Positions 1 through 12,964 of a stretch of DNA of 64,000 bases are shown in pieces. The notes under the pieces are model-generated. The model was not told the origin of the DNA, did no database searches, and worked only from the letters and a program-made list of their open reading frames with translations. Origin of the DNA: Hydrolagus affinis (Eukaryota); contig JAAILG010000157.1 of NCBI GenBank assembly GCA_012026655.1, forward strand, positions 62,001-126,000. The letters run 5' to 3'. The translations under genes were made by a program, and so were the position numbers. Position 1 is the stretch's first letter. The number at the start of each line of letters is the position of its first letter.

Positions 1-132
1 AAGTGTCATCTGGAGAGCTAGAAACTTTTTATAGTTTACAAAGCCTAATTTGGCATGCAATTGGCAATGATAGCAGTGTTGTCTGGCAGCCAATCCATGG
101 TGAGCATTATGAGTGTTTAAAATTAAATAATA

Positions 133-438
133 CAGTAATAATAATCCTTGCATTTGATATAGTGCTTTTCACATCTTCTAGGCATCTCAAAGTGCTTCAC
201 AGAATATACTGTAAAGTGAATTGACTGTGTGTGTGTGATAGATAGGCAGGCGAAACAGCCAGTTGCGCACTGCAGTGTCCTACATCAGTCATGGATTGAA
301 ATGACCAATTGTTTTTTGAGGTGTTATTATTAGGTGTGTGGAGTAAAGAAACTTGGCCAGGGTTTCACCCTGCCTGGAAGTGAAACCAGGTCCCTTGCTT
401 ATAAGGCGAGTGCTCTAACCACTAAGGCACAAGATTTC
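133..438 (-). mobile_element. Young tRNA-derived SINE, near full length
   Basis: Reverse complement of the family seen at 7860 and 30398: tRNA head, ctgtgcgcaattggctgcc core, L2-like tail with (ATT)n. Confidence 0.85.
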
Positions 439-582
439 GCAAGGAGATTATAAGAACACCATTCAGCGCTGCACATTCAGTAATGCTAATAGTAATACCT
501 ATTTAAAATCCAATTTTCCTTGCAGTTGAACAGTACCTTTGAACTTCCCATGTAAAACTATTGACTTCTGATATTGTTGTAG

Positions 583-673
583 AACAGTGGAAATGGCCAC
601 AGCACGGTTGGCTGAAATGGACGAAGATATGCAACAGCAGGCATCCACACTGGAGAAGAAAATCCATGCAGAG
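583..673 (+). CDS. rasef2: RASEF-like coding exon ([30 protein letters not shown])
   Basis: Acceptor ttgttgtAG, donor GAG|gtatga; coiled-coil segment resembling RASEF. Confidence 0.85.
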
Positions 674-3600
674 GTATGATCCCAGTCATCCCATTGGGAT
701 GATTGTAAATTTATGCATTGTACTGGCTCCCCAAAAGGCCAATTGGGGTTTGTAGACGTGATTGCTACCAGCAACGATTAATCATTTACTATTCCTGCAT
801 TCTTTTGCAATCTGGAACTAAACTATGCAGGAATGTTGTATAGATTTCTGTGTTCTTCTTAAGGATGCAGTGTTCCCCTTTTAAGCATTAGCAAATAGGA
901 GAACTGATGCAACAGAATATGCTGCAAGTTGAATTCGGTTAAAGTACAATGACTGAAAATTTATGAGGACTTTTGCATTTCATTTTTTTTTCCACTGAGC
1001 AAAAGGACAATTTCTCTATGTAGGAAAGTTATATTTGGGAGAAGTAAGGTGCAGAAGATGTATTCTTCAATAAAGTGGTCAAGAGAATATTGTTTTAAAT
1101 TGCAGTGGTAACTTGAGGGGTTTACTTGCTCACTTGCCACGAGTGCCTGAGCACTGAAGAACGGTTGCAGCCTTTAGAGATGAGGATGTGACAAATCATA
1201 ACTTGCTACTTGGTTCTGGACTGTTTCAGGAACAGTTGAAACTGGAGGCAAAAATGGCAGAGGTGCAGAAACGACATGAGGCTGAAGTGACTGATCTGCA
1301 GGCAGTCATCGACCGGATGAAAAAGGTAAAGTTTGAATGAAAATCAAGACTTAATCAATTAAATGACCCCCAAAACAAATCCTGGATTGTAAAGTGCAGG
1401 GTGGGGAGAGGAAGAGAAAATGTGTGTGTTGAACTGATATACTGTAATATTGACTCAGAGTGAATCCCTTATGTAGCTTTATTAGCCAGAAAGAAAATTG
1501 ATGCACTGGGTATGTTTCTCGTTTTCAAGGAAGAACTGAAATGAAACTGTTTACATTATTCTTCCTTGAGTACTTGTAATTGTTTTGCTTATAATTCAAT
1601 TTTGTATGCATTAACAGAACTTATTTCACATTAAATGTAAATTCTCAATCCAATAATTTAATTGTTGCTCTGTTGCTAATTAAGATCTGAAATTGTCTTG
1701 TAACCTGCCTCAGATTATTGGCAATTTTACACAACCGGTTTCCTCTTGTTTCTCCAGTTTGAAGATGAGTTCTGGCAATCGAATTCCAGAGGTGACATTG
1801 CTGTACTGAAGGAACAGCTGGATGAATTGAATCATGTGTGTATCTTTTGCCTGAAGGGATTCCCACGGCTAATAAATGAATGGAATTTTTAAGGATTGCC
1901 AAGGCCTCTTATATTTCTGTCACTACCCCTTCAGTTGTTAGTATTGATGCCAGCTATCTTGCAGGTCCGCCATGCTACAATGCTTCTAGCCGCTCCACCC
2001 ATAGTAAAGTCGGGGAGAACTGCGGGACAGGCCTGGAACCATAAACTTCATTGTTTAACGGGTTTATAGAGGAGATGCTGTTTGTAACAGATTCCGTAGG
2101 AAAAAATTACAGCTGCACTTTTCGATTGGCCCAAGCAATAAGCGATGAAAGGCAATTAAACACACATTGGTGTGTTTTTAAGCTTGCTTTTTTTCCCCTT
2201 GTCTCTTTATGTAACTGAGTGTTTGTTTCTTGCAGGAAAATTTCCATTTACGAAATTCCCTTCTTGAGGACCGAACCAATTACTCTATCAAACAAGTTGA
2301 ATTGGACAAACTTAAAAATGATCTTGCTGATCACCAGCTTGATAAGAAACGGTAAATGAACATTCATGACAAACCAATTTAGCACCATGTATAATTGAAC
2401 AAGATCATGGGGAAATAATATAGTAACACTGAACTGATCGATGCGGTACAGTATGGAAATGGGTAATTGGCTTGACTCATCTGTACTGGTGCATCTTCTG
2501 CATTTACGCTAACAATTGTTCATGGTGATAATAATAATCATCATCATAACAGTCCTAAGAATAATCCTTGTATTTAATATAACACCTTATCACTTCTCAA
2601 AGCTCTTTACAGAATGTACTGCAAAGTGAATTGAGTGTATATACAGATGATCAGCAAAGGAACTCATTCCCCTTAAGGCCCCACAGTTAATGCTGTTGTC
2701 TCAGAACGAGTACGCCTTCCTTGAGACCTTTTTGTTGTCCTGTCCCAGCATTTTATACCCCAAATGAACCTAATTTAATCAATTTTGGAAAAAGGGAAGA
2801 TCTCAGTGTTACACCTTGCCTCAAGATCCTCTTCATCCTTTGCATCGGTCACCCCACCTTCCCTCCACCTTCCCTGACCCCAGCTCGGTTCCAAAATACT
2901 GACTTTCCAGTGCCTTGGGATGTTCTCTAGATGTAACATTTAGGAAACAAATGTAACATTGTTGTATACATACACATTTCAAGCTTTTTATGTAACTCTA
3001 AAAATATTGAATTGGAAACTGAATGGGAGAAATGCGCACGATTGTAAGGGATAGTGGTTAAAACACTTCCAAAAAATGAAATTAGGGAAATTTAGTTTAT
3101 ATTTAGTATTTTTCCCATATACATTTTGTTCGATAATGTGTTAACCATTTGTAGAGAAAATCTGAGTTCTGATTTGCAGCATATTATCAGGTTCAACTGT
3201 TGCAATATAAAGGCTGATACCAAGAAGGGTTTACTTTAGTAATATTATTCTCCTTCAAACAGAACAGAGGAATCGATGGAGAAACTAATTGAAGAGAACC
3301 AGATGTACTCACATCAGTTACGAAGGCTTCAGTAGGTGGTTTTTATGTTATATGAATCAAATAAATTTGCTGTATTTCACTCTGAAAGGGTCTAAGGTGA
3401 TGAGCTACCACTTCTAAGTTTAAATTTTATATAAGCATCCACTGGCCATGTCCCATAGGTATTGCTTCACTGGTTGTTGCCACCATAACAATACAATACT
3501 TTCCTTGATATTGTGCCCTTCTTGGGGGTAGCATATTTGGGCTCAACACATTCTTAACCTCACTCTGAAGGCGCTGACACAAAACTAGTTGAAAAGATAG

Positions 3601-6600
3601 TTTTGAGTGTGAGCCGATAGGCCACAAGATCATGACTTTGCATTTGGAAAGAAATTTCCTTTGGAAAGAAATAATGTAATCTCATCATTTGCTAGCACTT
3701 GCTTTTTCGACACATTTTGAGTATGTGCTGTTGAATAACCTTACTTTTGCCATCTTCCTGATTGCTTCCCTTCAGAGAAGCCAATACAATCCTTTACAAC
3801 AGCAATGATGGGTTGAGAACTGCTTTGGAGACTAATCCTGGTGTAAAGAAAATGAAGGTTGGTACAATTGGATAGCTGGGGTGTGGGGAGAGCCTTCTGA
3901 AGTAATTTCCATCTAAAGTTTTGTTTTGAGATAAATTTCTTTCGTTTCTGAATCTGGTTGGATTGACTGGGTGGTTTTGTGTAAAGGGCAAATTTTCAGA
4001 CATGCTAGGGAAGTTCTGCATTTTGTTTTATTTAATATCAATCGAGGATGAAATCAGGTAATCAATTGGAACATTTATAACACTTATTAATCTGAAAGTA
4101 CACTGTTTAACAAGTCAAATTTAGTCGAGGATGCAGGAAGAAGTAGACACACCCCACCACCAATAAAAGAATAATAATGAACAAAAGGCACCCCATAGTG
4201 GAGAGAGACACACACAGCAGGTTCCTAATCCATCTCATCCACTTTTTCTTTTTACTGTTCATTTTGGTCTCGCCACAACAAACACTTCTGGTGAGACCAA
4301 ATGATAGGAGAGAAGAATATGTTTTTAAATTTTGCAGTGATCATTTCTGGAACATGTTCGAACAGAGTCTTAAAACGTTGGGTTCCAGCGAAGGTGTTTT
4401 TAATTTCTTTTTGTTGGCTTGCAGCATTCCCCAGATGAACCCCTGGTGAGAAGGGTGAAGTTGCACGAGGAAAATGGAATGCCAGTCATCAGCTACAGCA
4501 GGTATTCCAGTGTGAGATGTCAGTTCAAGCCTTGTTCAAAATAACATTTCCAGCCTCTGATCTTGCTTTTAGCACTTTTTTTCTGGAGCATTGGGGCATG
4601 AGACTGAATACTACGAGGTGGTTCTCCTTCTGAGTGTGTTAATGTTGGTGTTTGGATTATACATACAGGCAAGCAATCTCTAGTTCAGGTTGATTCCATA
4701 AAGGGCTTGTCCCTCTATTCTGCCACTCCAAGTATGCTTGAACCGTGATGCTTATGGCTTTGTGCTGAAGTGAGTTGTGCTCTTGTAACCAGTCAGAAAT
4801 TGTAAGCAATGTGATTTTTTTTGTGTGCAGTTTTGAAGAAGTGAGGACTTTTCTATCCTTTCGGTCTGAATTAAATTTTAATCCAAGATAAAGTGCTCAT
4901 CTCAAAGATGTCCTTGTGTTTTTTAGCTACAATGGTGATCGAGATTCTATGGAGGATAATGAGGAAAAAGAAGAATTGAGAGGTACCATTTCTGATGTGG
5001 AAATCTGGGCCAATTCCCTGGACAGGAGTAGGTCCAATTTGGATTCGTTTTCAGACGCTGATTATGACAGTGACTGCAGCGATGGGTCTCAGCAGACAAC
5101 ACATTACAGCTATTTGTGTGCGCAATCAGACAGTGAGGTGAGAAATTGTTTGGAAGCAGCTGACTTTTGGCTTGAATGGAGAATAATGATATTGATTTCA
5201 TGGTAGTAATCTCATCAAGGTCTCATTTGATGACCGCAGGGCGGTGTTTTGAGTTTTCCTGGTGAAGTATGACAAGCAAAACCAGTAAATGTCTTTAAAA
5301 TTAAGAGTTATTTCAAACTACAGTAGTTAGCTTTGAATTACTTATGAAGAAAATGCCTAATTGTTCAGAGATTTTGATTCTTTCAGCATCCTGTACCAAT
5401 TTGGATTTGAGCTAATTGTAAAATCTGACATGTATGAGACAGTGAAGGAACTACAACATTGATGTGTGTTGCAGAAATAAATAAATAGTTCCAATCCAAG
5501 CTAGTTGCCTTTTGAAACCTTTAGACTCTTTGAAAGATTTTGTGGCCCATTGCATTTGTGGCAAGAGGAGCACAAATGCCTTAGACTACAAGAGCTCTCT
5601 CCTCGTCGGCTGTCCCAGCTCCTTCCTTCACAGGCTGCAGAACATTCAGAACTCTGCAGCTCGTATACTCTCCCACGCTAGGCTCCGTGACCATATCACT
5701 CACACCCTCGCCCATCTCCACTGGCTCCCCATCCCCCAGAGGATCAAATTCAAGATCCTTGTCCTCCCCCTTCAAGGTCATTCACGGACTTTCCCCCGAC
5801 TATCTCTCAACACATTCTTAACCTCACTCTAAAGGCTCCCTATCAGCCCACCCGCCCCCTCCACTCAGCAGACTCTGGCCTGCTCCAAGTCCACTGCCCT
5901 AACCGCCAAACCATTGGTGGCCGGGCTTTCAGCCTCTCTGCCCCCACACTGTGAAACTCCATCCCGCAATCGCTTTGCCTCACCTCCTCCTTTCCCTCCT
6001 TCAAGGCCGGTCTCAAGACCTTTCTCTTCGACCACGCCTTTGGCTCCCCTCTTAACTCTTCCCCCTCCTACTTTCCTTCTCCCTATCCCCCCCAACCCCA
6101 CCCCGCTCGGGTCCTGACCTGATTGTTCAGCTCCTTGGGATGTCCTCCTGACGTGAAAGGCACTCTATAAATGTAATTTTGGTGTTGTTAGAAGAAATAT
6201 ATATAGCTCTCCTAAGCTGGTATCTTAACAGTTTGATACATTAGTTGTTCTTGCTGCATTTGCTAACTGTAGTAGTACACACTTTAACATGGGATCCAAA
6301 CCAAATGTTCTTGCCCACAAAGTCCCATAAGTTTCTGTCAATCTTATGATTTTCTTTGGGGTCTGGGGTCACGAATGAAAGGGTTCAATGTGCAGCTGGC
6401 TCCTGTGGAGTCGAACCCCAGTATGAGTCAGTGGTATTCACACAATCCAATAATTCTAGCATTAATATAGCATCTTTCATGTTGCAATGTCTCAATGCAC
6501 TTAAACATATCAACTGGTTTTGGGGGGGGGGGGTGTGGGGGGAGTAAACCTGGTTTTAGGAAGGGAAAATTAAAACCATAACAACAGTGTAATGTTGTAT

Positions 6601-9600
6601 CTGTATTGTCAGAAATCGGAAGCTGATACAGATAGAGTGTCTCGCCCTGTCAGCCGCTGCAGCTCCACAGCATCTTCTAGAAGACGTCTTCCAGCATTCT
6701 CACCACAGGTAATTGAAGGACACCAATCAATTCATTTCTGGGTATTCATTTCTTGAACAACCACTGACAGGCGATTTGACTTGGTGCACAAGACACCCAG
6801 TTCTCAATTTTTTAAAAATTGTGCATGACCAAACTTTATTTAAGAAATGCTCATGAAGCTTGGTTGATTACTTCAGAAGTAGATAAATCAGAGACTTAAA
6901 CACCATCTGCTTGAGAATGTTGGGGGTGGTTGGGAGGTGGGTGGGGGCATGGGAAGTGGTGCACACTGGTGAGCAAATTACAAAGAACAAAATGATAATG
7001 TTGTCAGTGGAGGGGAAGGGTAAATGGCTAAATTAACAAATCCATTAATGGTGAGTTGTGGCTGGGTACACAGATAGTTCCTTCCAAGTATGTAGTGTCC
7101 TTGCATTTGATATAGTGCTTTTCACGTCCTCTAGATGTCTCAAAGTGCTTCACAGAATATACTGTAAAGAGAATATGTGGGTGAAATGCGGCAGCCAATT
7201 GCGCACAAGTGTCCCACAAAGAGTCATGAATTGAGTAACCAAAGTATTGGTGGGGGGAGTTCTCTTGAAGAGTTCTCTCTCTTAATTATAGCTCTACTAA
7301 AACAATATTCTCTTCTACTATGTGGATTACCTTAAATGTTGTAAGGTCATGTTTCAAAAGTTCTTTTTTTGTGTTAATACACCTCTCCATATTTAGAAGG
7401 GTGGTAACACACACCATAACGAAGCAGACGGTCCACTCTACAGACTTGTCCTTGCAGGAGATGCTGGTTCAGGGAAGTCTAGCTTTCTACTGCGTCTCTG
7501 TATGAATGAGTTCAAAGGAGCTATTCCTACAACATTGGGTAAGAATTTCCAATTATACTTTGTCCTTTATTTTCAAAGTGATGTGCGCGCGTAGCATGAC
7601 CCAACAGCTCTTGGAATGGTGTGCCCGCCCTTTACCAACCTATCCATCCTTTTTATTTCCTGTCATTTCACAGCTGAAGCTACAGGAAATGGAGCAATCA
7701 GTTACTAAATTGGAAAATTACTTTCTCCAATGTAGTTGTCACTTCTTTGCTTTGAGAATATGAAAGAAAACAGAGTAGAATTCTGCTCCACATGCTGCGG
7801 TGGAAAACTGAGACAGTGCAATATAAATTGAAATGTTTGAATCTAGACTTGTTTGGAGCTCCTGTGTCTTAGTGGTTAGATCACTTGTTTTGCAAGCTGG
7901 GGAGACTAAGCTGGGGAGACCTGTGTTCGAATCCAGGCAGGTCAGGGCGAAACCTTGGGCAAGTTTCCTTACTTCACACGCCTAATAATAATCTGTCACA
8001 AAAAAAAACCACAATAAAAATTGGTCATTTCAATCCACGATTGTTTGTGCGCAATTGGCTGCCGCGATTAGCCCACAAATATACAGTCAATTCACTTTAC
8101 AGTATATTCTGTGAAGCACTTTGGGACGTCGATAAGATGTGAAAAGCGCTATATCAAATGCAAGTATTATTATTATAAAACCACGATTGTGCCACATTAA
8201 TAAATCAAACAGAATGGGTCTTGGAAAATATTTTACTTAAAACACATATTATCTACAAGAATTTCAGGCCCTATTCCATATAAGCAAACTGTGAATAATT
8301 GGGTATCATGCTAATAATAATAATCATCTTTGCATTTGATATAGTGCCTTATCACCATTAACCTTTATATAACCTCTCTGGTCTAGGAGTGGATTTTCAA
8401 GTCAAAAAACTGTTAGTTGATGGTGAAATTACCACATTACAGATATGGGACACAGCTGGTCAGGAGAGGTAAGCATAATTGTTCCTAGTGTCTTATTTTT
8501 GCAAGCACTTCCAATCTGTCAAAAAGTAGTGCATGTCTGTCAAACAATACTTTTTATTTCAATGATTCAAAAGATTTCAAATTGATTTACTAACATGTGG
8601 TGCTTTATGGAACAAAGTGTAAAATATTCTTAAAAGAATCACAGTACTTGACAAACAAGTATTCTGTGGATGTAAAGTTTGAACGCAGTCTAATTAGGAT
8701 TTTTTTTCCCTAAAAAGCAGACTTATTTTCTTGTACTCCGTCCCTCTGCTTCCACTTTAATGCCATCTTAATGTAATACAAATCAATTTCTAAGTGAATC
8801 CATTAAATGTAGTTTTACTCATCTAGCTTGTTATTCCATTAAAAAAAATGCACAGTAAAGTGTTCTAAATGGGGAAAATTACCATTGAACAGTTCATTGT
8901 GGACACAAGAATGGTGCTTCATTTGGTTTGGTACTGAGTTGAACCCTAATTCTGCTTGTATATTCAAGTATTGTGTGCAAGTAGAGTAAGATTGGGTTGT
9001 CAGGTTGAATGCATTCCATATAGACTATTCAAGTGCAAATTCAATTTCTTTTCACCAGGTTTCGCAGTATTGCTAAATCTTATTTCCGAAAAGCTAATGG
9101 TGTATTATTACTATATGATGTGACTTCGCAGACTAGTTTCTTGAATGTCCGGGAGTGGATTGATGAAGTTAAGGTAGGTTCTAATCTTAAGAATTTCTCA
9201 AATGGTTCATGCTTCAAAACAAACGCAGACAACATAAGCTCTTTTTTTGACCACTGCAAAGTTTATAGAACTTTCAATATCTTTCCATAATTTGTTTTCA
9301 CTGAAGAAAAAATAAAGTGTCTGCATTAGCACTAAAAACGCCCCAATTAGTCCAAACGTTACCTTTCATTTCCGGGCATGTTGCTTTTCTGGGGGCAGGA
9401 TTTTAAGTTTTCTTTACTATGAAGATTTGATTCATTGCAGAATCCTGTAGCTCCATGGTTGCAAGTGAGACACTTGGGCAAGTTTCCTTACTCCACACAC
9501 CTGATAATAAGCCCTCACCAAAAACAAACATTTACAAATTGGTCACTTCATCCCACAACTGTTTATTGGACACTGCCGTGCACAATTGGCTGCCATAGTT

Positions 9601-10691
9601 CATCCACAAATATAGTCAATTCACTTTCAGTATATTCTGTGAAGCACTTTGAGGCATCTACAAGTTGTGAAAAAGCGGTATATCAAATGCAAGGATTATT
9701 ATTGATAGTCCACGGTGTTAAAATGTGTAAGAATGTCTTATTGATTTCTGATAATTTACTGAATACCTATGAATTTCAGAATGCTACTGATACTCCGGTA
9801 CCAATCATTTTAATTGGGAATAAAATAGACTTGAGAAATGAAACGCCTAAAGCAAAGTCCAACAGTGTATTCCCAGCTCATGGAGAAAAGCTGGCTATGG
9901 TAAGATTTTTCCCCTATCTCGACTGACCCAAGGAAACATTATATTGTAGAAGTCCTATTTAAATTGGTGGTACTTTCACAGTAGCATTGTAAAAACAAAT
10001 TATGTGTATTTGTACTTTACAAACCAAATTGATCAATTTCATTTTTCTCTAGGCCTACAATGCATTGTTTTGTGAGACTAGTGCTAAAGATGGGACCAAT
10101 GTTGTGGAGGCTGTTCTGCATTTGGCCAGGTAAATAACATTAGCCACCCTCCATGTATTCGTGAATTTGTCAGAAAATGTGCCTGACCATTCAAGATGCA
10201 ATTGTCCAAATGCTTTGCTTACTATTGATTTTGTCAGTGACTAGATAGATACACAATGTTCTTTCTCCAAACTTAGCTCTATCCAAATGTGCATTTTCTT
10301 TTCTCTTCTGTTGCAAAAATATTGCATTTCAAATTAACAGTGGTTATATTTGAGTGGAATTTGAATCTATTTGAAGTTGAGATGCAAATCCAGGTCTTTA
10401 ATGCCCAAGTGGAATTATCGATATCATTTCAACAGAAATAAAGCTTGGATACTCAAGGTTTTAAGTTTCAAAATCTGTTCAGCTTACCACTGCCACTACT
10501 CTACAAAGGTAGAACAATTTTTCAATGCAATACAATGAGGAAGTGATCATTTCTAAGCCCTAGTTATGCAGGTTTTGTTTTCTTACAGAGAAGCTAAAAA
10601 GAATGCAAAAGATAGAAATGATGCTGAATCCACAACCAAGCTGCCATTGAACAAGCCTGCAATAGCCTTGAACAATTGCTGCAAAACATAG
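583..10691 (+). CDS. rasef2: RAS and EF-hand domain-containing protein (RASEF/Rab45 family, probably RASEF2 paralogue); 5'-partial, 15 coding exons, ~517 aa in window
   Basis: Manually spliced GT-AG exons 583-673, 1230-1325, 1758-1835, 2236-2351, 3263-3331, 3776-3857, 4425-4501, 4927-5137, 6613-6708, 7397-7538, 8387-8468, 9059-9173, 9780-9899, 10053-10129, 10589-10691 give one open frame. A coiled-coil region ([11 protein letters not shown]..., [13 protein letters not shown]) is followed by a Rab domain with G1 GDAGSGKS, G2 TTLGVDF, G3 WDTAGQE, G4 GNKID, G5 ETSAK and C-terminal CCKT. Family assignment is from recalled similarity to RASEF. The paralogue name is inferred from divergence and neighbourhood. 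Confidence 0.9.
1230..1325 (+). CDS. rasef2: RASEF-like coding exon ([32 protein letters not shown])
   Basis: ctgtttcAG / AAG|gtaaag, phase 0-0. Confidence 0.88.
1758..1835 (+). CDS. rasef2: RASEF-like coding exon ([26 protein letters not shown])
   Basis: Strong acceptor tcttgtttctccAG, weaker donor CAT|gtgtgt; phase 0-0. Confidence 0.8.
2236..2351 (+). CDS. rasef2: RASEF-like coding exon ([38 protein letters not shown])
   Basis: gtttcttgcAG / CG|gtaaat. Confidence 0.88.
2530..2645 (-). mobile_element. SINE 3' fragment
   Basis: ataatccttgtatttaatat...gcaaagtgaattgagtgtat matches the family tail. Confidence 0.65.
2810..2935 (+). mobile_element. L2 LINE 3' end fragment
   Basis: ctcaagatcctcttc...ccagtgccttgggatgt, similar to 18720-18900 and 40340-40520. 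Confidence 0.6.
3263..3331 (+). CDS. rasef2: RASEF-like coding exon ([22 protein letters not shown])
   Basis: ttcaaacAG / CA|gtaggt, phase 2-2. Confidence 0.8.
3776..3857 (+). CDS. rasef2: RASEF-like coding exon ([27 protein letters not shown])
   Basis: cttcccttcAG / AAG|gttggt; SNDGLR.ALE motif recalled from RASEF. Confidence 0.9.
4425..4501 (+). CDS. rasef2: RASEF-like linker exon ([25 protein letters not shown])
   Basis: ttggcttgcAG / AG|gtattc; required for phase continuity between flanking exons. Confidence 0.75.
4927..5137 (+). CDS. rasef2: RASEF-like acidic linker exon ([16 protein letters not shown]...CAQSDSE)
   Basis: gtgttttttAG / GAG|gtgaga; overlaps ORF 4916..5206. Confidence 0.85.
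5580..6190 (+). mobile_element. L2-clade LINE, 5'-truncated 3' end
   Basis: LDY.SSLLVG...[12 protein letters not shown]...[23 protein letters not shown] is the typical L2 ORF2 C-terminus, frameshifted; tail tgacgtgaaaggcactctataaatgtaa. Confidence 0.9.
6613..6708 (+). CDS. rasef2: RASEF-like exon ([32 protein letters not shown])
   Basis: tattgtcAG / CAG|gtaatt; ends in SPQ like the RASEF pre-Rab exon. Confidence 0.85.
7097..7245 (-). mobile_element. Young SINE, 3' half
   Basis: ccttgcatttgatatagtgcttttcacgtc...gcggcagccaattgcgcac. Confidence 0.85.
7397..7538 (+). CDS. rasef2: Rab domain exon with P-loop ([25 protein letters not shown])
   Basis: catatttAG / G|gtaaga; G1 motif. Confidence 0.95.
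7860..8177 (+). mobile_element. Young tRNA-derived SINE, full length
   Basis: Head with B-box gttcgaatcc, body, tail gcgctatatcaaatgcaagtattattattat; short internal duplication (agctggggagac)x2. Confidence 0.9.
8387..8468 (+). CDS. rasef2: Rab domain exon ([26 protein letters not shown])
   Basis: ctggtctAG / AG|gtaagc; G3 motif. Confidence 0.95.
9059..9173 (+). CDS. rasef2: Rab domain exon ([22 protein letters not shown]...EWIDEVK)
   Basis: ttttcaccAG / AAG|gtaggt; RabF motifs. Confidence 0.95.
9443..9705 (+). mobile_element. Young SINE with deleted head
   Basis: ttgggcaagtttccttactccacac...tatcaaatgcaaggattattatt; explains most of ORF 9435..9926. Confidence 0.85.
9780..9899 (+). CDS. rasef2: Rab domain exon ([19 protein letters not shown]...GEKLAM)
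   Basis: gaatttcAG / ATG|gtaaga; G4 motif. Confidence 0.95.
10053..10129 (+). CDS. rasef2: Rab domain exon ([25 protein letters not shown])
   Basis: tttttctctAG / AG|gtaaat; G5 motif. Confidence 0.95.
10589..10691 (+). CDS. rasef2: Terminal coding exon ([11 protein letters not shown]...LNNCCKT*), prenylation motif CCxx
   Basis: ttcttacAG acceptor, TAG stop 10689-10691; double Cys typical of Rab geranylgeranylation. Confidence 0.92.
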
Positions 10692-10877
10692 AACGCTAAT
10701 AGACTGAGTTCCATTCAAAACAACTTTTCACAAGGTTTGTGATGTTTAAAGTCATCACAAATGTTTTAAAAACTATTGCTCTCATGTGAGAGCAGCATCA
10801 CTATGTTTGATATATTTGGCAGATGATACTTTATTTATCTGAGGTACTTTGATTTCAATGTTTGTGTATATATTTGA

Positions 10878-10966
10878 AATAAAACACTTTGTCACTTTAT
10901 CGAAGGGAACTTGTAACTTGTTTTTTGAAAATAAAATCTAAATATATAAACTAATACTCTAATAAA
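10878..10966 (+). terminator. Candidate polyadenylation signals of the RASEF-like gene
   Basis: AATAAA at 10878, 10930 and 10961, within 300 nt of the stop codon. Confidence 0.55.
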
Positions 10967-12144
10967 ATGAAGGATTTGCAGGAATTCACGTGCATAACAG
11001 GAAAAGGTGTTGTAGATTTATTTGGGAATTAAAAGGTTGTGATAAACTATTGGAAGTTGATCTGCGTTTAAATCAGCTGGTATAATTTATATCTAAATGC
11101 ATATTAAAATCACTAGTTTCTTGCAAAATCGGTAATCAATTACTTATTGTTCTTTTGGTTTGCTGATCATCCTCGTTTCGAAACCATGAAACCGAGTAAC
11201 ACAGTTTGGGGCACTATTCCAGTGATTTGGGAAGTCCTCCCGATGTGAAAGGCACTGTACATATTTAAGTTTTGTATATGTACCTTCCAGAGGCAGCTTG
11301 GCTCAGCAACGCTCTTCTGGGTCACAAGGTGTAGGGGTGAAGCATTACATTACTATATATCAAATGCAAGGATTATTATGATCAAAGTACAGGCTGAACG
11401 CCACTACCATATGGAATTGTGCAGTTGTGGTAACTGTGTAATCCAGATAGATGCAAATTTATTTGGGGAAGTGGATTTAAAATCTAATCTGTTTTTGCAG
11501 TGTTCTGGTGCGGGCTTGGCCAATATGTTTTCATGTTAAAAAATTTTAAAAAAATATTCCCTATGTGGTCATATTCAGGCAACGTCTTGTGACGTCCTCA
11601 CTGTACAAATGTAATTTTGTTGTTGTTTGGGACATTGTGTGCAAATTGGGTCTTGAATATAAAGTCACGTATGCAAAACTTGTTAGAAAAAGGACATGCA
11701 CTATATAGGTGCAGTACAATTGGGATGATGCTGGCAAATGAGCTCGGGAGAAATGGGGTAGTGGTGGAATTGGGTGAGTTTTATTTAGGATTATTTGATT
11801 CTGTAATTTCCTCAGGCGGTGGGAGAACACGGAACATTTATCCCATGATGCAACTTGCCAGATAAATGAGCTTTTTCATAGAAGGGAAAATAGCCTTGGA
11901 TGTGTACAGTATCTATATAATTCTGCAGATATGGCTTTAATACTGTTATAGAAGCTATTCAAACATAAAATAACAGCTGCAAAGTGTTCTGTATGAATTT
12001 ACGCAGGATGGTATCCTTATTCTAATAGGATTTCTTGTAGTGAACACTCGCGATCCTATTTTAATCCCTATAATGGACTTTCTTGCCACATGACATGTGT
12101 GTTGGTTCTCAGTTCCCTCTACTGGACCAGTTGAGACACTACAA

Positions 12145-12325
12145 ATAATAATACATTGTGCATTTGATGTGGAACCTTATTGCAACTTTGAAATATCTCA
12201 GTGGTTCACAGAATATACCGTAAAGTGAACTGACTGTACATTGTGGGGAAGAAACACGGCATGGCAGCCAACTGTGCATAACAGTGTCCCACAAACAGTT
12301 GTGGATTGAGTGACCAAATTGTTGT
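12145..12325 (-). mobile_element. SINE 3' half
   Basis: Family tail and core in reverse orientation. Confidence 0.75.
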
Positions 12326-12964
12326 TTTCCAGCACAGCTGGAATATCAAGACTTTCTCTTCCCAGTACCAGATGAATCGAATATTCACTTTCTCAGCAAC
12401 AAGAGGCCTGAAATCATTTTTTATTTATTTCACTTTATTAATGCCATGGGATGTGAGGGCGGAGGAAAGTTGCAAAACATTTCAAATGATCAAAAATATT
12501 GCTAATTGCAGAAAGAGCAATTGAAGATAGCTTTTAGAATAGGGAGGGCAGCAGAATGACAGATTGTCAACAGCAGGCTACTAGTCTGGAGGATATTATG
12601 ACTAAATCTAATCCCATCCTTAACCAACCATCCAGCAAGTATGAGTTAATCCAACCAAAAGAACCCTGGATAATTTTTCCTTCTCAATGAAGGTTTTTTT
12701 TTAATGTTTAACCCACTCTCTCCTTCAGATGAAGTGGACCATTACAAAGTTTATGGATCCAAGTTACCATCAGACAAATTCTAGATTGTCACGATGTACA
12801 GTACTTTCTAAAACATAAAATAAACCTACACTAGGTTATATGCAGTTACATAAATCTGCAAGGAAATGAAGAGTACACATATGTACACCAACAGGTTTCA
12901 ATAGTTAATAGACATGGGGGCAAACTGTAGTGTTATTAAGGGTCTATTGATGCTAACCTCCTCC

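Noticed and set aside
5512-6117. RT-like ORFs as a functional retroelement or domesticated gene (also 13599-13793 and 28084-28558)
   Set aside because: Truncated, frameshifted L2/CR1 fragments with degenerate catalytic motifs.
9435-9926. 163-aa ORF, joint longest in the track
   Set aside because: Chance read-through of a SINE and intron into the real 120-nt Rab exon 9780-9899.
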